A stretch of 46,708 nt of DNA from Gemmatimonadota bacterium (GTDB lineage: Bacteria; Gemmatimonadota; Gemmatimonadetes; Longimicrobiales; Gaopeijiaceae): the NCBI GenBank assembly GCA_040880225.1, contig JBBDIV010000013.1, forward strand, positions 1 to 46,708. Direction: 5' to 3'. The translations under genes were made by a program, and so were the position numbers. Of this stretch, positions 44,322 through 46,708 are shown in pieces. Positions within the stretch are counted from its first letter, which is position 1, and every line of letters begins with the position of its first letter. Under the pieces are notes generated by a model. It was not told the DNA's origin. It worked only from the letters and a program-made list of their open reading frames with translations, and made no database searches.

Positions 44322-45311
44322 ATGGAGAGCACCGAACGGACCATCGTGGAGCATCGGCTGGACGTGGAGGGTGCAGACCACCTCCTCCTGGCCGGCGTCA
44401 ACGACGCGAATATCCAGGAGCTTGCGAAGCTCTTCGGGATCCGGGTCGTGCTGCGGGGCGACCAGATCATCCTCTCGGGCGAGCTCGAGGGCATCGAGCG
44501 GGCCGTACCGGTCGTTCAGCACCTGGTCGAGCTCGCTCGCCTGCGCGCACCGTTCGACACGGGGGACGTGAGTCGGCTGGCCGAGGAATTCGAGCGCCGC
44601 GGAGGTCCGCCGGTCCTTCCGGGTGACCAGGAGGCACGGATCGCCCTACCTGGAAGCCGGAAGGTGATCAGCCCGAAGTCCAGCGGTCAGAGTCTATACC
44701 TCGAGCTCATTCGCGAGCACGACATCGTCATCTCGATCGGGCCGGCCGGGACCGGGAAGACCTATCTGGCCGTCGCCACGGCGGTGGATGCGCTCTACCG
44801 CAACCGGGTGAAGCGCATCATTCTGGCCCGCCCGGCCGTGGAAGCCGGTGAGAACCTGGGCTTTCTGCCGGGAGACCTGCAGGAGAAGGTGGACCCCTAC
44901 CTGAGACCGCTCTACGATGCATTGGAGGACATGATGCCTTCCGATCGAATCCAGCGGGCGCTGGAGGATCGCACTATCGAGATCGCCCCTCTCGCCTACA
45001 TGAGGGGCCGGACACTCTCCGACGCCTTCGTGATCCTGGACGAAGCCCAGAATGCCACTGCGGCGCAGATGAAAATGTTTCTCACCCGCCTCGGCCTGAA
45101 TTCGAAGGTGGTGATCACGGGCGACAAGACCCAGATCGATCTGCCTCGGTCGGACGACTCCGGTCTGCTGCAGGTGGAGAGCATCCTGAAGGGCATCGAG
45201 GGCATCAGCTTCGTGTACCTCGACGGTCGCGACGTCATTCGTCATCGATTGGTCAAGGATATCATCCGCGCGTATGCACAGGCGGACGAAGTTGCCGAGG
45301 TGGAGGCGTGA
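44322..45311 (+). CDS. phoH: PhoH-like ATPase (PhoH/YbeZ)
   Basis: Walker A motif GPAGTGKTYLAVA, Walker B motif FVILDEAQN, and a length typical of PhoH. Confidence 0.92.
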   Translation: MESTERTIVEHRLDVEGADHLLLAGVNDANIQELAKLFGIRVVLRGDQIILSGELEGIERAVPVVQHLVELARLRAPFDTGDVSRLAEEFERRGGPPVLPGDQEARIALPGSRKVISPKSSGQSLYLELIREHDIVISIGPAGTGKTYLAVATAVDALYRNRVKRIILARPAVEAGENLGFLPGDLQEKVDPYLRPLYDALEDMMPSDRIQRALEDRTIEIAPLAYMRGRTLSDAFVILDEAQNATAAQMKMFLTRLGLNSKVVITGDKTQIDLPRSDDSGLLQVESILKGIEGISFVYLDGRDVIRHRLVKDIIRAYAQADEVAEVEA

Positions 45312-46708
45312 TTCGAGCGTCCTCGTCGGAACGGTCGGGCGAGGACGAGACGCCCCTGGCGCGTCTCTCCCGGCCCCCGGACAACCGGTGGCCGGACGGT
45401 GCCCTGCATCATGGTAGCCGGGTGCTCCTCCTGCTGCTCCTGGCCCTTTCCGTCACCTTCCTGTTCCCGCCGGGCAGCGGGCCGACGATGTCCCGGTACG
45501 AGATCGGGATGGTCTCGGACCAGGACGTGATCGCCTCTCTTACCTTCGGTGTACCGAAGAACCTCGAGGAGCTGGAGCGCGAGCGGAGCGCCGCTGCCGC
45601 GGCGGTGCCCCCCACCTTCCGGCTCCGTACGGCGGCCGTGGATTCGATGGCGACGTCGGTCGAGGCCTTCTTCGATCGAGTCGCCGCGGTGGATGAGGCC
45701 CCCGATCCCTCGCAGGCTCTGAGCCGAACGTTGTCCGACCTCGGGTTGGCCGTCACCCCCGAGCAGCGGGGGATGCTCCTGGAGCCCGAGATCCGCTCGC
45801 TCGTGGAGAATGCCGCGCTCGACGCGGTGCGCGGGCTCATGCCGGGGGGAGTACTCGACGAGGCCGCCGGACTGGAACCGGCGCCCACCGGTCGGGTCCT
45901 GGTCGTCGATCCGGAGGCGAGGGAACGCTATCTCCAGCGGGACTCCGTGCTCACCTCCCGAGAGTTCTACCAGGCCGCTACCCAGTACCTCCCCGACGAT
46001 GCCGGCTCCAACGTGAACGAGCTGATGCGGCTCGCGCTCATCCGTTTCATGCAGCCGACCCTCCGGTACGACGCCGCGGCGACGGATGAGGACCGCAATG
46101 CCGCCCGGAGGGCTGTCCCCACGACCAAGTCGACGGTGCTCCAGGGGGAGGCGGTCGTGCGGGCCAACCAGCAGGTCGGCGATGCCGAGCTGGAACGGCT
46201 TCGGGCCTACGAGGAGGCGCTACGAGCACAGGGGAGCCTGGAGGACCGCGGCCTCCAGCTTGCCGCGTTGACCGCGGCCGGCCTCCTCAATCTCCTCGTG
46301 CTGGGGGTGTTCGGGTTCCTGCTCTACTTGTACCGATCGGACATCTACGGAAACTTCCGCTGGCTCCTCCTGCAGGCTGCCCTGGTGCTCGCATTCGCCG
46401 GGGCCGGTGGGATCGTGGCTCGCAACGATCTCCCCCCCGAACTCCTCCCGATAGCATTCGTCGCACTGGCCGTCGCGGTGCTCTGGGACGGTCGGCTGGC
46501 CCTGGTTCTCGCGACGGTGCTCGCCGTCCTCGTGGGTGTGCAGGACCCGTTCCAGAGTTCGAGCGCATGGCTTCCGGTATTCGTCGCGGGGGCCGCGGCC
46601 GCCCTCTCCGTCCGCGCGGTGCGACGCCGGGCGCAGACCTGGATGTTCATCGCGATCATCGCCTCGGCGTACGTGGTCGTGCTGGTGTCGATCGGAGTCG
46701 TGACGGGT
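45308..46708 (+). CDS. 7TM-receptor/HD-hydrolase protein, PgpH/YqfF-like, N-terminal and membrane part (runs off the right edge)
   Basis: The GTG start overlaps the phoH stop (GTGA). The frame stays open to the window end. It has a signal-anchor (VLLLLLLALSVTFLF), a ~270-aa extracellular region, and then consecutive TM helices (LLNLLVLGVFGFLLYLY, LLLQAALVLAFAG, IAFVALAVAVLW...). Its position after phoH matches the common phoH-pgpH(yqfF)-ybeY arrangement. The HD domain itself is not in the window. Confidence 0.7.
   Translation, partial: MIRASSSERSGEDETPLARLSRPPDNRWPDGALHHGSRVLLLLLLALSVTFLFPPGSGPTMSRYEIGMVSDQDVIASLTFGVPKNLEELERERSAAAAAVPPTFRLRTAAVDSMATSVEAFFDRVAAVDEAPDPSQALSRTLSDLGLAVTPEQRGMLLEPEIRSLVENAALDAVRGLMPGGVLDEAAGLEPAPTGRVLVVDPEARERYLQRDSVLTSREFYQAATQYLPDDAGSNVNELMRLALIRFMQPTLRYDAAATDEDRNAARRAVPTTKSTVLQGEAVVRANQQVGDAELERLRAYEEALRAQGSLEDRGLQLAALTAAGLLNLLVLGVFGFLLYLYRSDIYGNFRWLLLQAALVLAFAGAGGIVARNDLPPELLPIAFVALAVAVLWDGRLALVLATVLAVLVGVQDPFQSSSAWLPVFVAGAAAALSVRAVRRRAQTWMFIAIIASAYVVVLVSIGVVTG

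Noticed and set aside
1-46708. CRISPR arrays, tRNA/rRNA/tmRNA genes, prophage or defence-system genes.
   Set aside because: No regularly spaced repeat-spacer structure exists. No intergenic region is long enough for such an RNA gene or has a cloverleaf-like sequence. Every sizeable ORF is either housekeeping or one of the few unknowns listed above, and none carries nuclease, ATPase or toxin signatures typical of defence systems.

Overview
Very GC-rich bacterial chromosome segment, probably from a diderm (outer-membrane-type proteins and a LapA-like protein are present). A Gemmatimonadota-like origin is only a guess. The window is mostly housekeeping genes, packed tightly with many 4-nt start/stop overlaps (ATGA, GTGA, TTGA). 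I support about 38 CDSs and found no rRNA, tRNA, CRISPR array, transposase or integrase. Gene order: mazG(-, partial) | alr, lipoprotein + FadL/PorV-like barrel pair, mtaB-like, miaB, lapA-like, comEC, fbp, sigma54-driven giant lipoprotein (+) | an 11-gene minus-strand cluster truA-tal-htrA-purB-purC-pssA-purS-purQ-purL-purF | trpD(+), lexA(-), trpC-trpF-trpB, HEAT-repeat protein + HD-GYP protein, trpA, methyltransferase-like ORF (+) | rqcH-like(-) | panB-panC-yqeK-LytR_C-lepB(+) | rlmN(-) | vanZ-like, aspS, phoH, pgpH-like (+, partial). I see no recognisable defence island or mobile element. The most unusual items are: (1) trpB and trpA are separated by a co-directional two-gene HEAT/HD-GYP (c-di-GMP-type) module whose proteins share a paralogous N-terminal domain. 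(2) A palindromic repeat family beginning CTAGAAGGCYGTTGAAGAAG sits at three gene 3' ends, donates stop codons, and encodes the C-terminal tail of TrpB. (3) A consensus sigma54 promoter lies upstream of a ~970-aa surface lipoprotein of unknown function. (4) Phased CCGAA direct repeats occur in the lexA/trpC divergent region. (5) trpF appears to start at CTG. (6) A 3x12-nt tandem repeat lies in front of an uncharacterised lipoprotein/beta-barrel pair. All functional calls come from reading motifs in the translations. No database search was run.
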